Positions 53,871-63,078 of a stretch of 64,000 nt of DNA are shown piece by piece (the first letter of the stretch is position 1; the number at the start of each line of letters is the position of its first letter). The notes under the pieces were generated by a model. The model saw nothing but the letters and a program-made list of their open reading frames with translations. It was not told the origin of the DNA and did not search any database. This DNA is from Eubacteriales bacterium. Its GTDB lineage: Bacteria; Bacillota; Clostridia; Oscillospirales; CAG-272. Position numbers and translations under genes: made by a program. The stretch is taken from the NCBI GenBank assembly GCA_045638805.1, contig JAZUBZ010000034.1:7458-71457 (forward strand), in the 5' to 3' direction.

Positions 53871-56534
53871 ATGAAAAAACTATTGTCATTTATACTGTGC
53901 ATTACAATGCTTTTGACTACGGCAGCGTTTGCAGCGCAAGCGTCCGACGATGAAAAGCCTTGGTCACCTGCATACACAGAGATCAAAAAGATCGAACGTC
54001 CATCGGACGTTATCGCACGTTTTGTGGTCAGCAGCGATGCCCACATCGGTTACAGCTATTCCTATGCAAAGCTGAGAAATGCTTACGAAACCATCGGAAA
54101 GCTCGGCGGAGCAGATGCGTATATATTTGCCGGTGACGTGACCGAAATGGGTTGGGACTATGAGCTTGATATGTTCATGGATATCGTCTCAAGCTATACA
54201 AAAGAACTGACAGTTGATATTGAAGGCTATACCCGCAAGGGTGTGGGCAAGAATGCTCCCGTAGACACCACGATCATTGCCGCAGGTAACCACGAGTACT
54301 ACGCCTACGAAGACGATGCGAAGCATCAGAGAGTGTTCAGCGAAAGAACCGGACAGGCGCTTGACAAGCTGTATTGGATAGGCGGTGTGCCTGTAATCAA
54401 GCTTAGTATGATCGGAACGGAAGAGTCTGAGGTTTACTACGACAGACACGAATTTATCAAGTCTTCTCTTGAAGAGGTAGTAGCCAGCGGCTGGAAGGGA
54501 CATATCTTCCTCATATCGCACACCCCCATGGGTGATACGGTCATGGCTGCTTCATCTACAAAGAACGACGGATTCTCCGACGAGACCGAGGCTTTACTTA
54601 AAAAATACCCTCAGATCATCCACGTATCGGGGCATTCTCACCACAATCCCTATTCACCTCGATTTATAGACCAGTCCGCAGGATTTACAAGCATCAGTGA
54701 CGGAACTGTCGGAAAGACCATTGACGACGGCTTCGGCGAGGGTGGTAAGATAGGTTCCTTCGGAGTTATGTTCGACGTAAAACGTGACGGCACCACCGAG
54801 GTGCGCAGACTCGACTTCCAGAACGGACGTGTTATGTTCGGTGATGAGGAATGGATCCTTGACGCATCCGACACTGCAGAAGATTTCATCTATTTTGCAG
54901 ACAAGGATGAGGCGAAAAATCCCGATTCATATGTTCTCAAGGCGTCCGCCCCCTGGTTTAATGGCGATGAGGTGATCTCCATCCGTAACATGGGAGACCA
55001 CGATTCTGTTGAAATAACATTCCCCAAAGCGCAGACCAAGACGAAGAACAATTACGATTACGTGTACTCATATACCATTAAGGCGGTACCGAAAAACGGT
55101 GACGGACAGATAATAGATACGGTAATTCCCAATAACGACCACATTCCGGGTGGATACGGTTCCGACAGTATAACTACAGTCATGACAGGAATTCCGTGGG
55201 ATACGGAATATTATATCGAAATCTACGCTAAGTCCTGCTTTGGTTATGAGAGTAATACTATAAAGAGTACCGATACCTTTATCATAGAGCCACGCCCCGT
55301 TAACAATAATACCCGCGTACTGTACGATATCGATTATTCCTACGGAACATCACTCGACCTTATGGGACACCCCTCTGACGTGCCCGCGTTCTTAGCACCT
55401 AAGTTTGATAAGGATTTAAACCGCTATGCGGTGAACTTTATCGGCCTTTCCACCAATATGTATCACTTCACCGAAGAAACCCTTGATGCAATGCGTTACG
55501 GTTTTACTGTTGAGGCAAACGTAAAGATGAACTACTCTAATGAGCCTCAGGAGATATTAGGCAACTACAACTTCGGTGGCCTGGCGATTACTACACAGTC
55601 CGACACGATATGTGTGCGATTTAATCCCAAGGGTGCAGACTCCGGAGAGTTCTGCAGAACGAGCATGCCTATGGGAAAGTGGACTCACATTGCGGTAACG
55701 TATGACAGCCAGTATCTCACTCTGTATATCAACGGAGAAAAGAAGACGAGCGAATATTGCCCCGGCGGAATCGGCAACGAGTACGATAATGAAACTCCGG
55801 TGGATGAGATCATGTTCAACGTTGGCGGACGCAGAAGAACGGGAGAGGATCCGTCTCTGCTTAAGAATTCATCCGTGAACTTTGTCAGAATGTATTCCGG
55901 CACTATGACAGACGAGGCTGTTCGTGATGCGTACAATAAATCTCTTGAGCCTGTGAAGAATTTTGCATTTGAGGATGTAAAAACATCCGACTGGTTCTTT
56001 GAGCCTGTTCTGTACTCCTTCGCTACAGGACTTATGAGCGGAACATCCGACACGGTATTCGCTCCCGCTACCCAGACAAGCCGCGCCATGATAGTACAGC
56101 TCCTCTATAATATAGAGGGAAGACCCACGGTGGATACGTCTGACAATCCTTTCGCAGACGTACCCGCAAGCGAGTGGTATGCACCCGCTGTGCTTTGGGC
56201 ATATCAGAACGGAGTTACAACAGGAACGGGTGCTACCACATTCTCTCCCGACACTCTCGTTACCCGTGAGCAGGTTGCGGTATTCCTTTACAGATATCTG
56301 AAGGACTACAAGAAGGCTGAAATGGCAGATGGTGCTGACCTTTCATCTTTCCCCGACGCAGATAAGATCAGCCCCTATGCAGGATTTGCAGAGGCTGTTG
56401 CTTGGGCAAACGGTGTTGGCATCGTAACCGGTAAACAGAACGGCGACGATATTATGTTAGCGCCTCAAGATAAAGCTCAGAGAAGTGAAACTGCGACCAT
56501 GTTTGCCCGCTTCCACAAGGCTTTTGTAAGATAA
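53871..56534 (+). CDS. Paralogous secreted metallophosphoesterase-LamG-SLH protein (divergent orientation)
   Basis: Same architecture (SSDAHIG, AGDVTEMG, GNHE, GHSHHN; WTHIAVTYDSQYLTLYINGE; three SLH repeats). The last ~165 aa are nearly identical to the neighbour. Confidence 0.8.
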   Translation: MKKLLSFILCITMLLTTAAFAAQASDDEKPWSPAYTEIKKIERPSDVIARFVVSSDAHIGYSYSYAKLRNAYETIGKLGGADAYIFAGDVTEMGWDYELDMFMDIVSSYTKELTVDIEGYTRKGVGKNAPVDTTIIAAGNHEYYAYEDDAKHQRVFSERTGQALDKLYWIGGVPVIKLSMIGTEESEVYYDRHEFIKSSLEEVVASGWKGHIFLISHTPMGDTVMAASSTKNDGFSDETEALLKKYPQIIHVSGHSHHNPYSPRFIDQSAGFTSISDGTVGKTIDDGFGEGGKIGSFGVMFDVKRDGTTEVRRLDFQNGRVMFGDEEWILDASDTAEDFIYFADKDEAKNPDSYVLKASAPWFNGDEVISIRNMGDHDSVEITFPKAQTKTKNNYDYVYSYTIKAVPKNGDGQIIDTVIPNNDHIPGGYGSDSITTVMTGIPWDTEYYIEIYAKSCFGYESNTIKSTDTFIIEPRPVNNNTRVLYDIDYSYGTSLDLMGHPSDVPAFLAPKFDKDLNRYAVNFIGLSTNMYHFTEETLDAMRYGFTVEANVKMNYSNEPQEILGNYNFGGLAITTQSDTICVRFNPKGADSGEFCRTSMPMGKWTHIAVTYDSQYLTLYINGEKKTSEYCPGGIGNEYDNETPVDEIMFNVGGRRRTGEDPSLLKNSSVNFVRMYSGTMTDEAVRDAYNKSLEPVKNFAFEDVKTSDWFFEPVLYSFATGLMSGTSDTVFAPATQTSRAMIVQLLYNIEGRPTVDTSDNPFADVPASEWYAPAVLWAYQNGVTTGTGATTFSPDTLVTREQVAVFLYRYLKDYKKAEMADGADLSSFPDADKISPYAGFAEAVAWANGVGIVTGKQNGDDIMLAPQDKAQRSETATMFARFHKAFVR

Positions 56535-56543
56535 AGTGAATAG

Positions 56544-56582
56544 AAAAATCCCCCGATTTGCACCGCAAATCGGGGGATGCTT
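56544..56582. terminator. Terminator shared by the convergent SLH and lipoprotein genes
   Basis: ATCCCCCGATTTGC-ACC-GCAAATCGGGGGAT, with an A5/T5 run on the minus-strand side. Confidence 0.8.
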
Positions 56583-56590
56583 ATTGTCTG

Positions 56591-57022
56591 TTAGCCGTTA
56601 TAATTGGGATAGACTGTGATATCATAGATACCGAAGCCTGCGTCGTTTTCAACCAAAACGACCACACAAGTAGCACTTTTTGTACCGGACTTTATGTACA
56701 TATCAAGTTGGAGAAGTGATCCTTCGACGTTTGAGTCATAAACGATAGTTTTAACACTGCCAAAAGCATCCACAACGATGCCGTCCGTAAGTTTGATGCC
56801 CCAGTATTCGGCAATACCCTCGAAATAATCCTTGGGGTCGAAATCATATTCGGGATGCATATACGTTGCGGCTTTCTTGAAATCCTCTTCCGATATTGCG
56901 GCGAATAATCCTTCCACGTGCGCCTTGCCTTCATCAATGTTAATACCGCAGGATGCGAGAGTCATGGTAAACATACAGCAGATCAGTACAAGGGACGCGA
57001 GTTTTATTACAGTTTTTTTCAT
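56591..57022 (-). CDS. Hypothetical lipoprotein
   Basis: MKKTVIKLASLVLICCMFTMTLASCG lipobox after GGAGGTG. The listed ORF start at 57106 lacks an RBS. Confidence 0.65.
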   Translation of the reverse strand: MKKTVIKLASLVLICCMFTMTLASCGINIDEGKAHVEGLFAAISEEDFKKAATYMHPEYDFDPKDYFEGIAEYWGIKLTDGIVVDAFGSVKTIVYDSNVEGSLLQLDMYIKSGTKSATCVVVLVENDAGFGIYDITVYPNYNG

Positions 57023-57134
57023 GTGTTTCACCTCCGAACAACATATACTAATTATATTATACAAAAAATAGTCGAATGTCAAGTGATGGTTGTAAAAAAG
57101 ATCCATCCGTCGTGACGGATGGATCTCTGTTATC

Positions 57135-59765
57135 TTACAGCTTTTCCTTTACACTCTTAAGAGCTTCTTCGATACCGATCTTCTTTTCACGGTACTTTTC
57201 AAGCTTTTCTCTCTCAGCTTCAACAACAGCCGCGGGAGCACGTGACGTAAAGCCTTCGTTGTTCAGTTTTCCCTCAGCTCTCTTGATCTCAGCGTCAACT
57301 GTCTTAAGCTCCTTTTCAAGTCTTTCAGCCTCTGCCGCAAAGTCTACCATATCTGCAAGGGGAATATAGATCGCCGCAGAATCGGTGATGATCTGTACAG
57401 CACCCTCGTCGGAGTAGCTTTCTACAACAGCAAAGCTTGATGCGGAAGCGAGCTTCTCGAAGAAGATACCTGCATTCTTAAAGCTGTCCTCGTACTTTGT
57501 AACTACGTTTACAGCCGCCTTTCTGGAGGGAACAACGCCCATCTCAGCGCGTCTTGCGCGGATAGCCTTGATAGCGGAGATAACTCTCTCAAAGGATGCA
57601 GTTTCATCTGCGAAAGAGGGGATCTTATCTGCCTCGGGATAATCCTTCAGCATGATAGTGCCGTCCTCACCGGGAAGACCTGAGTAGATCTCCTCTGTGA
57701 TGAAGGGCATGAAGGGATGGAGAAGCTTAAGTACTTCGCGGAGAACGTATGCGAGAACGTTCTGAGCGCACTTACTTCTTTCCTCGTCTGCACCGGATAC
57801 AGAGGGCTTGGAAAGCTCAATGTACCAGTCGCAGTATACGTCCCAGATAAAGTCGTAGATGGAAGAGAGGGCAACGCCGATCTCATAGTTGTCGAGGTTT
57901 ACGGTAACGTTATTTACTGTCTCTGAAAACTTTGTAAGGATCCACTTGTCCTCGGCAGCAAGCTTGTCTGTTTCGGGAAGCTCGATCTTGTCGATGGTAA
58001 GGTTCATCATTACGAAACGGGCAGCATTCCAAAGCTTGTTAGCAAAGTTACGCGCAGCCTCGATCTTCTCGTCGGAGAAACGCATATCGTTTCCGGGGCT
58101 GTTACCCGTGCCGAGTGCGAAGCGGAGCGCGTCTGCACCGTACTTAGAGATGATCTCAAGAGGATCGATACCGTTTCCGAGGGACTTGGACATCTTACGT
58201 CCCTGTGCGTCACGAACGAGACCGTGGATAAGAACGGTGTCGAAGGGGATCTGACCTGTGTACTCAAGGGATGAGAAGATCATACGGGATACCCAGAAGG
58301 TGATGATATCGTATCCTGTTACAAGTGTGCTTGTGGGGAAGTATCTCTTAAGATCCTCGGTGTCATGAGGCCAGCCGAGAGTTGAGAAGGGCCAGAGCGC
58401 GGAGGAGAACCATGTATCGAGAGTATCAGGGTCCTGAGTCATGGTGCCGCCGCACTTAGGACAAGTGCAAACTGCATCCTTGGAAACTACAGTCTCGCCG
58501 CACTTATCGCAGTAGTAAGCGGGGATTCTGTGACCCCACCAGAGCTGACGGGAGATACACCAGTCCTGTGTGTTCTCCATCCAGTGGAAGTAGTTCTTGT
58601 CAAATCTTTCGGGAACGAAGCGGATGTCGCCGTCGCGTACTGCTTTAACAGCGGGCTTAGCGAGGGGCTCCATCTTTACGAACCACTGAAGGCTGAGCAT
58701 AGGCTCAATAGTGGTTCCGCAACGGTAACAGGTACCAACCTCGTGGTCGAGGTCTTCAATTTCAGCAAGGTAACCGCCTGCACGGAGATCCTCAACGATA
58801 GCCTTTCTTGCTTCGTAGCGGTCCATGCCAGCGTACTTGGGATAGTTTTCGGTGATCTTAGCGTCCTCAGTGAGTACAACCTCCATGGGAAGTGAGCAGC
58901 GCTTTCCTACCTCGAAGTCGTTGGGGTCGTGTGCGGGAGTAATCTTAACGCAACCGGTACCCTTATCAAGCTGAGCGTGCTCGTCTGCAACGATGGGAAT
59001 ACGTCTGCCAACGAGGGGAAGTACAACGTACTTGCCGATCATATCCTTATATCTTTCGTCCGCGGGGTTTACAGCAACCGCGGTGTCACCGAGAAGTGTT
59101 TCGGGACGTGTGGTAGCAACCTCAACGTATCCGCCGCCACCAACGAGGGGGTAACGGATGTGCCAGAAGTGGCCGTTCTGAGACTCGTAGTCTACCTCTG
59201 CGTTGGAGATAGAGGTCTTGCAGTGAGGACACCAGTTGATGATACGCTCGCCGCGGTAGATGAGTCCCTTTTCATAAAGGCGTACGAATACCTCGCGTAC
59301 TGCTTCGGAGCAACCCTCGTCAAGAGTGAAACGCTCTCTTGACCAGTCGCAAGAAGAACCGAGCTTCTTGAGCTGTTCGATGATACGTCCGCCGTACTGT
59401 TCCTTCCAAGCCCATGCTCTCTCAAGGAATTTGTCTCTTCCCAGGTCTTCCTTTGTAAGACCTTCTTTTCTCATAGCTTCAACAATCTTAGCCTCGGTTG
59501 CGATAGACGCGTGGTCTGTGCCGGGGAGCCAGAGAGTGTCAAAGCCCTTCATTCTCTTGTAGCGGATAAGGATATCCTGGAGAGTGTTGTCAAGAGCGTG
59601 ACCCATGTGAAGCTGTCCTGTGATGTTCGGAGGGGGAATAACGATGGTGAAGTTTTCTGCGCCGTCCTTGCCGGAGGGAGCAAAGCAGTTATCTGCCACC
59701 CAAGAAGAGTATATTCTCTCTTCAAAGTCGGCAGGGTTATAGGTTTTTGCCAGTTCTTTTCTCAT
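57135..59765 (-). CDS. valS: Valine--tRNA ligase
   Basis: HIGH-type motif PPPNITGQLHMGHAL, the KMSKS motif, a C-terminal coiled coil, 876 aa. Confidence 0.95.
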   Translation of the reverse strand: MRKELAKTYNPADFEERIYSSWVADNCFAPSGKDGAENFTIVIPPPNITGQLHMGHALDNTLQDILIRYKRMKGFDTLWLPGTDHASIATEAKIVEAMRKEGLTKEDLGRDKFLERAWAWKEQYGGRIIEQLKKLGSSCDWSRERFTLDEGCSEAVREVFVRLYEKGLIYRGERIINWCPHCKTSISNAEVDYESQNGHFWHIRYPLVGGGGYVEVATTRPETLLGDTAVAVNPADERYKDMIGKYVVLPLVGRRIPIVADEHAQLDKGTGCVKITPAHDPNDFEVGKRCSLPMEVVLTEDAKITENYPKYAGMDRYEARKAIVEDLRAGGYLAEIEDLDHEVGTCYRCGTTIEPMLSLQWFVKMEPLAKPAVKAVRDGDIRFVPERFDKNYFHWMENTQDWCISRQLWWGHRIPAYYCDKCGETVVSKDAVCTCPKCGGTMTQDPDTLDTWFSSALWPFSTLGWPHDTEDLKRYFPTSTLVTGYDIITFWVSRMIFSSLEYTGQIPFDTVLIHGLVRDAQGRKMSKSLGNGIDPLEIISKYGADALRFALGTGNSPGNDMRFSDEKIEAARNFANKLWNAARFVMMNLTIDKIELPETDKLAAEDKWILTKFSETVNNVTVNLDNYEIGVALSSIYDFIWDVYCDWYIELSKPSVSGADEERSKCAQNVLAYVLREVLKLLHPFMPFITEEIYSGLPGEDGTIMLKDYPEADKIPSFADETASFERVISAIKAIRARRAEMGVVPSRKAAVNVVTKYEDSFKNAGIFFEKLASASSFAVVESYSDEGAVQIITDSAAIYIPLADMVDFAAEAERLEKELKTVDAEIKRAEGKLNNEGFTSRAPAAVVEAEREKLEKYREKKIGIEEALKSVKEKL

Positions 59766-59849
59766 TTTAATCTATTCTTCCTTTCGGTGTTTTACTTTTT
59801 GGAGTATATATTTATGTCGGACTCAGTCCGATGGGGTACAAAAAATACC

Positions 59850-60160
59850 GTAGGGACGACAGCACATTCATTGCGCGAAGTGCGGCGGTCCGTTTTCACA
59901 AGGGGATCAGGTTTATGCTATATCCGAAGATGGAACCATCCCCATTCATTGTAGGGACCGACGTCCTCGGCGGTCCGTTTCGCGTGGGTTTGGTTATCCT
60001 TCATCCGAAGAAGAAACCATCTCAAACGGCGAAGTTTTCTCGGATTTCTTCGAAATCCTCACATCCTTGCCTTATCACAAAAAAGATAACGTTTCTCTGT
60101 CTCGTGCGAATACTCGCACGATGAGGGACCATTTTTTCGTAGGGGACGACGTTCCGTTTC
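59850..60160. repeat. Cluster of GTAGGG-headed hairpin (REP-like) units and short direct repeats inside the valS leader
   Basis: GTAGGGACGAC...GGCGGTCCGTTTT (59850), GTAGGGACCGACGTCCTCGGCGGTCCGTTTC (59951), GTAGGGGACGACGTTCCGTTTC (60139). ATCCGAAGATGGAACCATC and ATCCGAAGAAGAAACCATC. Hairpins GGATTTC/GAAATCC and CTCGTGCGA/TCGCACGA. Confidence 0.75.
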
Positions 60161-60171
60161 GCTCTTCACCC

Positions 60172-60400
60172 AAAATAAAAAACGCCCTGAAAACTCAGGA
60201 CGCAAACAGCGCGGTACCACCTGACTTCATACGAGTTCGTATGCAGCTTACGTGTCCGTAACGTGGACGTGCGGCGCAGACTACTGCTTTTTTCACCTGC
60301 GCGGCTCGGGAGCTACTTCGAAGACCGTTATCTGCGACGATTTCACCATCCGCCGCTCTCTTTGAGATACGTTTTCTCCTACTACTCTCCGTCAAAGCCT
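60172..60400 (-). promoter_or_regulatory. T-box riboswitch leader (valine class inferred) of valS
   Basis: Minus strand: Stem-I AGAGA/GGTGAAA elements, a candidate specifier GUA (60316-60314), the T-box core GGTGGTACCGCG (60221-60210), and the terminator CGTCCTGAG-TTTT-CAGGGCG plus T6. Confidence 0.8.
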
Positions 60401-60407
60401 TTATAGT

Positions 60408-60436
60408 AGTATAACACCGCACGGAGACTTTGTCAA
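60408..60436 (-). promoter_or_regulatory. Promoter candidate for the T-box/valS transcript
   Basis: Minus strand: TTGACA, 17-nt spacer, TATACT. Confidence 0.6.
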
Positions 60437-60489
60437 GCGGATTTTTTCAGTTGGAAGAAAATATCGGCTGTGGGTGACGCAATAACGTT

Positions 60490-61008
60490 TCATTCTAAAA
60501 ACTCTGTCATTGCTTTTATGGCCTTTGGGTTTGATATATGAGCATTCGTGTACTTTGTCATACTGTCTGTATGCGCCGGGTAAATATCGGTGATCTTTTT
60601 TGCGGTGTCTTTGTCGGCGCAAAATATTCCCCAACCAAAGTAAAGCTCTTCATCGGTGAGAAGTATCCATTTCATGCTGTCGGGGTATATTATGGTTATG
60701 GAATCGAGCCATATTGACTCATATTCACTAAAGCTGAACGGCCCCGTTAAAACGTATACGGTGTTGCCAGGTCGGTATACACTGTAGTTACCGTTCTCTA
60801 CAATATTGATCCTGTCACCCGCAGGTGTGATCTCTTTTAAGATATTGAACTGGTCTTCGTAAAGACAAACGTCATTGGTAGGATAGAGGAAGATTTTTTC
60901 GTATTCAGGAGAGAGCTTGAAACCGAATAATTCTGTAGGATGATCCTCCGGCACGATCTTTTTCAATTTTTCGATGTCTTCAGCAGTCAATGTTTTGTAT
61001 TCGATCAT
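60490..61008 (-). CDS. Hypothetical protein (no family recognised)
   Basis: 172 aa. Strong RBS GGGAGG 8 nt upstream. AT-rich relative to its neighbours. Confidence 0.6.
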   Translation of the reverse strand: MIEYKTLTAEDIEKLKKIVPEDHPTELFGFKLSPEYEKIFLYPTNDVCLYEDQFNILKEITPAGDRINIVENGNYSVYRPGNTVYVLTGPFSFSEYESIWLDSITIIYPDSMKWILLTDEELYFGWGIFCADKDTAKKITDIYPAHTDSMTKYTNAHISNPKAIKAMTEFLE

Positions 61009-61252
61009 ATAACGGGACCTCCCTTGTTCACGTATCGGTATGCAGCTTAATCTTTAGTATAATTTATTTTAGCATATTTCTCTACAGTGTGTCAAGTAAA
61101 CCGCCCTGCAGAGTGGTGTATACCATGTGCTTGCACAAGGGTATGGAATTTAAAATTGTTTAACGAGGTATTAGCGGTAGCTGTACTGTCGTGCGGGTGA
61201 GAGAGCCTGAATAAATCGTTCGTTTCACCCGTAGCCATGTACGCGTGGCGCT

Positions 61253-61294
61253 TTCAAAAAATACACCCCATTCCCTTTCGAAAACGGGGTGTAT
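61253..61294 (-). terminator. Terminator after recX
   Basis: Minus strand: ATACACCCC...GGGGTGTAT followed by T6. Confidence 0.75.
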
Positions 61295-61295
61295 A

Positions 61296-61928
61296 TCATT
61301 CTTCTGCTTCTTCCATCGCTGAAAAAATCACGGACGGAGAAAAACCGAGACGGACTAAAGACGCCGTCAGCTTGTCTCTTTCTGCTTTGTCTTCGGGAAC
61401 GTGTCCTTTGCATTTTGCGTGAATGCTTTTTTGGAGAGCCTCTTCGTATATTTCCTGTGGCACGCTGTAGGCAGCGGTGCTTGCAACAGACGAGGAATAA
61501 CCTTTCTTTTGAAGCTCTGCTTTGATCCTTGCGGGGCCTCTGCCTTTTGTACGTGCCATCTTTTCGGCAATATCCGCCGCGTCAGCCGTCTCGTCGATAA
61601 GGCCTCTTTTGCGGACGATCGCTACAGCCGCACGCACTGCATCCTCCGAAAAACCGCTCTGCTTCAGTTTCGCGTTAAGCGCACCGTAGCTGAGGGTGGA
61701 TACGGTGAGCGCACGGAGAGCTTTGGTTACAGCCTCGCATCTTTCGCTGTCCGTACTGATCATATTGAAAACGTCCGCATTTACCGTGTCTGCGGAGGAA
61801 AGATGGTATCCCTCCCACATCTTCGGCGTCATGCTGAGCTTCTTAACGTCGCCCGACGGGCATATCACTTCAATAGTGACCCGTGACGGAAGTTCTTTAA
61901 CACCGCCTATAACGTATGTCTTATCCAT
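61296..61928 (-). CDS. recX: RecX-family regulatory protein
   Basis: Helical-repeat C-terminal half (...KLKQSGFSEDAVRAAVAIVRKRGLIDE...ELQKKGY...L.RLGFS). The start ATGGATAA overlaps the recF stop. Confidence 0.7.
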   Translation of the reverse strand: MDKTYVIGGVKELPSRVTIEVICPSGDVKKLSMTPKMWEGYHLSSADTVNADVFNMISTDSERCEAVTKALRALTVSTLSYGALNAKLKQSGFSEDAVRAAVAIVRKRGLIDETADAADIAEKMARTKGRGPARIKAELQKKGYSSSVASTAAYSVPQEIYEEALQKSIHAKCKGHVPEDKAERDKLTASLVRLGFSPSVIFSAMEEAEE

Positions 61929-63069
61929 TCTGTCTCGCCTCCACGTTTCCGCCGGATACGCGGAAATACGCAATGTCACCGTTCCCCGCTCCGGGCACTA
62001 CCGACGGCTCGCAGGAGGTGACTATTATCTGGCGCCCCTTAAGGGAATCCATGATGAATGCGCGTCGGCGCTCGTCAAGCTCAGAGAAAACGTCGTCGAG
62101 AAGGAACACGGGATATTCGCCCGTAAGTTTCTTTGATATCTCGCCTTCTGCAAGCTTCATGGAAAGGGCGATGCTTCTCTGCTGTCCTTGAGAAGCGAAA
62201 AGCTTCGCTTCCTTGCCGTTTATGGAAATATGTATGTCATCCTTGTGGGGCCCCCACAGGGTAGAGCCTGCGGCGGCTTCGCGCTCGATGTTTGAAGTCA
62301 GCTTTTCAAAAAGTCCCTCGCGTGTCTCACTTTTTGCTTCTGCGGAAGCGTCTGCCTCGCCTGTAAAAGCGTCCATTTGAGATGTGTACGCAAGGCAAGG
62401 GGATTCGGCGCCCCCCGTCATCTCGCGGAAATATTCCGCTACGTCACGGGTGAGTGCATCGCAGTAAGCATTACGCTCTGCGTATATTTCAGCAGCTGCA
62501 ATGCTCATCTGTTCGGCATAGGTCTCCCATTCCTCACGGGTGACCGTTTTACCGGAAGCGTAACGCTTCAAAAGGGCATTGCGTTCAGCTAAAAATCTGC
62601 GGTAGTTTGACAGATAATATATATACGCTTGGGAATTCTGCGCTATTGCAATGTCGAGGAAGGTGCGTCTTTCAGCGGGCCCTCCGCCCACAAGAGAAAG
62701 ATGGGATGGGCAAAACAGCGCCGCGCGGAAGTTTCCGAGCATTTCGGCAGACCCTTTCAGCGGAGCACCGTTACGGTACAGCTTTTTCTTTCCTGTTGTG
62801 GGAATGGAAGCGGAAAGCTTCACCGGTACGGATGAGGAATCCTTTTCATATTCGATCTCGCAGATCGCCGCCGTCTCGCCGAAGGAGACAAGGTCACGGT
62901 CCTTCGCTCCTCTGAAGGAGCGGCCGCGGGCGAAGTAGTAAATCCCCTCAAGAACGTTGGATTTACCTTGCGCGTTCATGCCCCAGAGCACGTTTACTCC
63001 CGGGGAAAACTCTACCGTAACGTCTTGGAGGTTACGGTAGTTTTTATATTTTGCTTTTTTTACGTTCAT
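61921..63069 (-). CDS. recF: RecF-like DNA replication/repair ATPase
   Basis: Walker A GMNAQGKSN, GPHKDD, ASQGQQRS and LLDDV.SELD, which are RecF hallmark motifs. Confidence 0.8.
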   Translation of the reverse strand: MNVKKAKYKNYRNLQDVTVEFSPGVNVLWGMNAQGKSNVLEGIYYFARGRSFRGAKDRDLVSFGETAAICEIEYEKDSSSVPVKLSASIPTTGKKKLYRNGAPLKGSAEMLGNFRAALFCPSHLSLVGGGPAERRTFLDIAIAQNSQAYIYYLSNYRRFLAERNALLKRYASGKTVTREEWETYAEQMSIAAAEIYAERNAYCDALTRDVAEYFREMTGGAESPCLAYTSQMDAFTGEADASAEAKSETREGLFEKLTSNIEREAAAGSTLWGPHKDDIHISINGKEAKLFASQGQQRSIALSMKLAEGEISKKLTGEYPVFLLDDVFSELDERRRAFIMDSLKGRQIIVTSCEPSVVPGAGNGDIAYFRVSGGNVEARQNG

Positions 63070-63078
63070 AATCGGAGC

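Noticed and set aside
51083-56534. Invertible DNA segment or shufflon bounded by the inverted SLH-coding ends
   Set aside because: The inverted repeats are only roughly 85-90 percent identical at the DNA level by my reading. No recombinase gene or short crossover site is visible, and inversion would not change either gene's promoter relationship.
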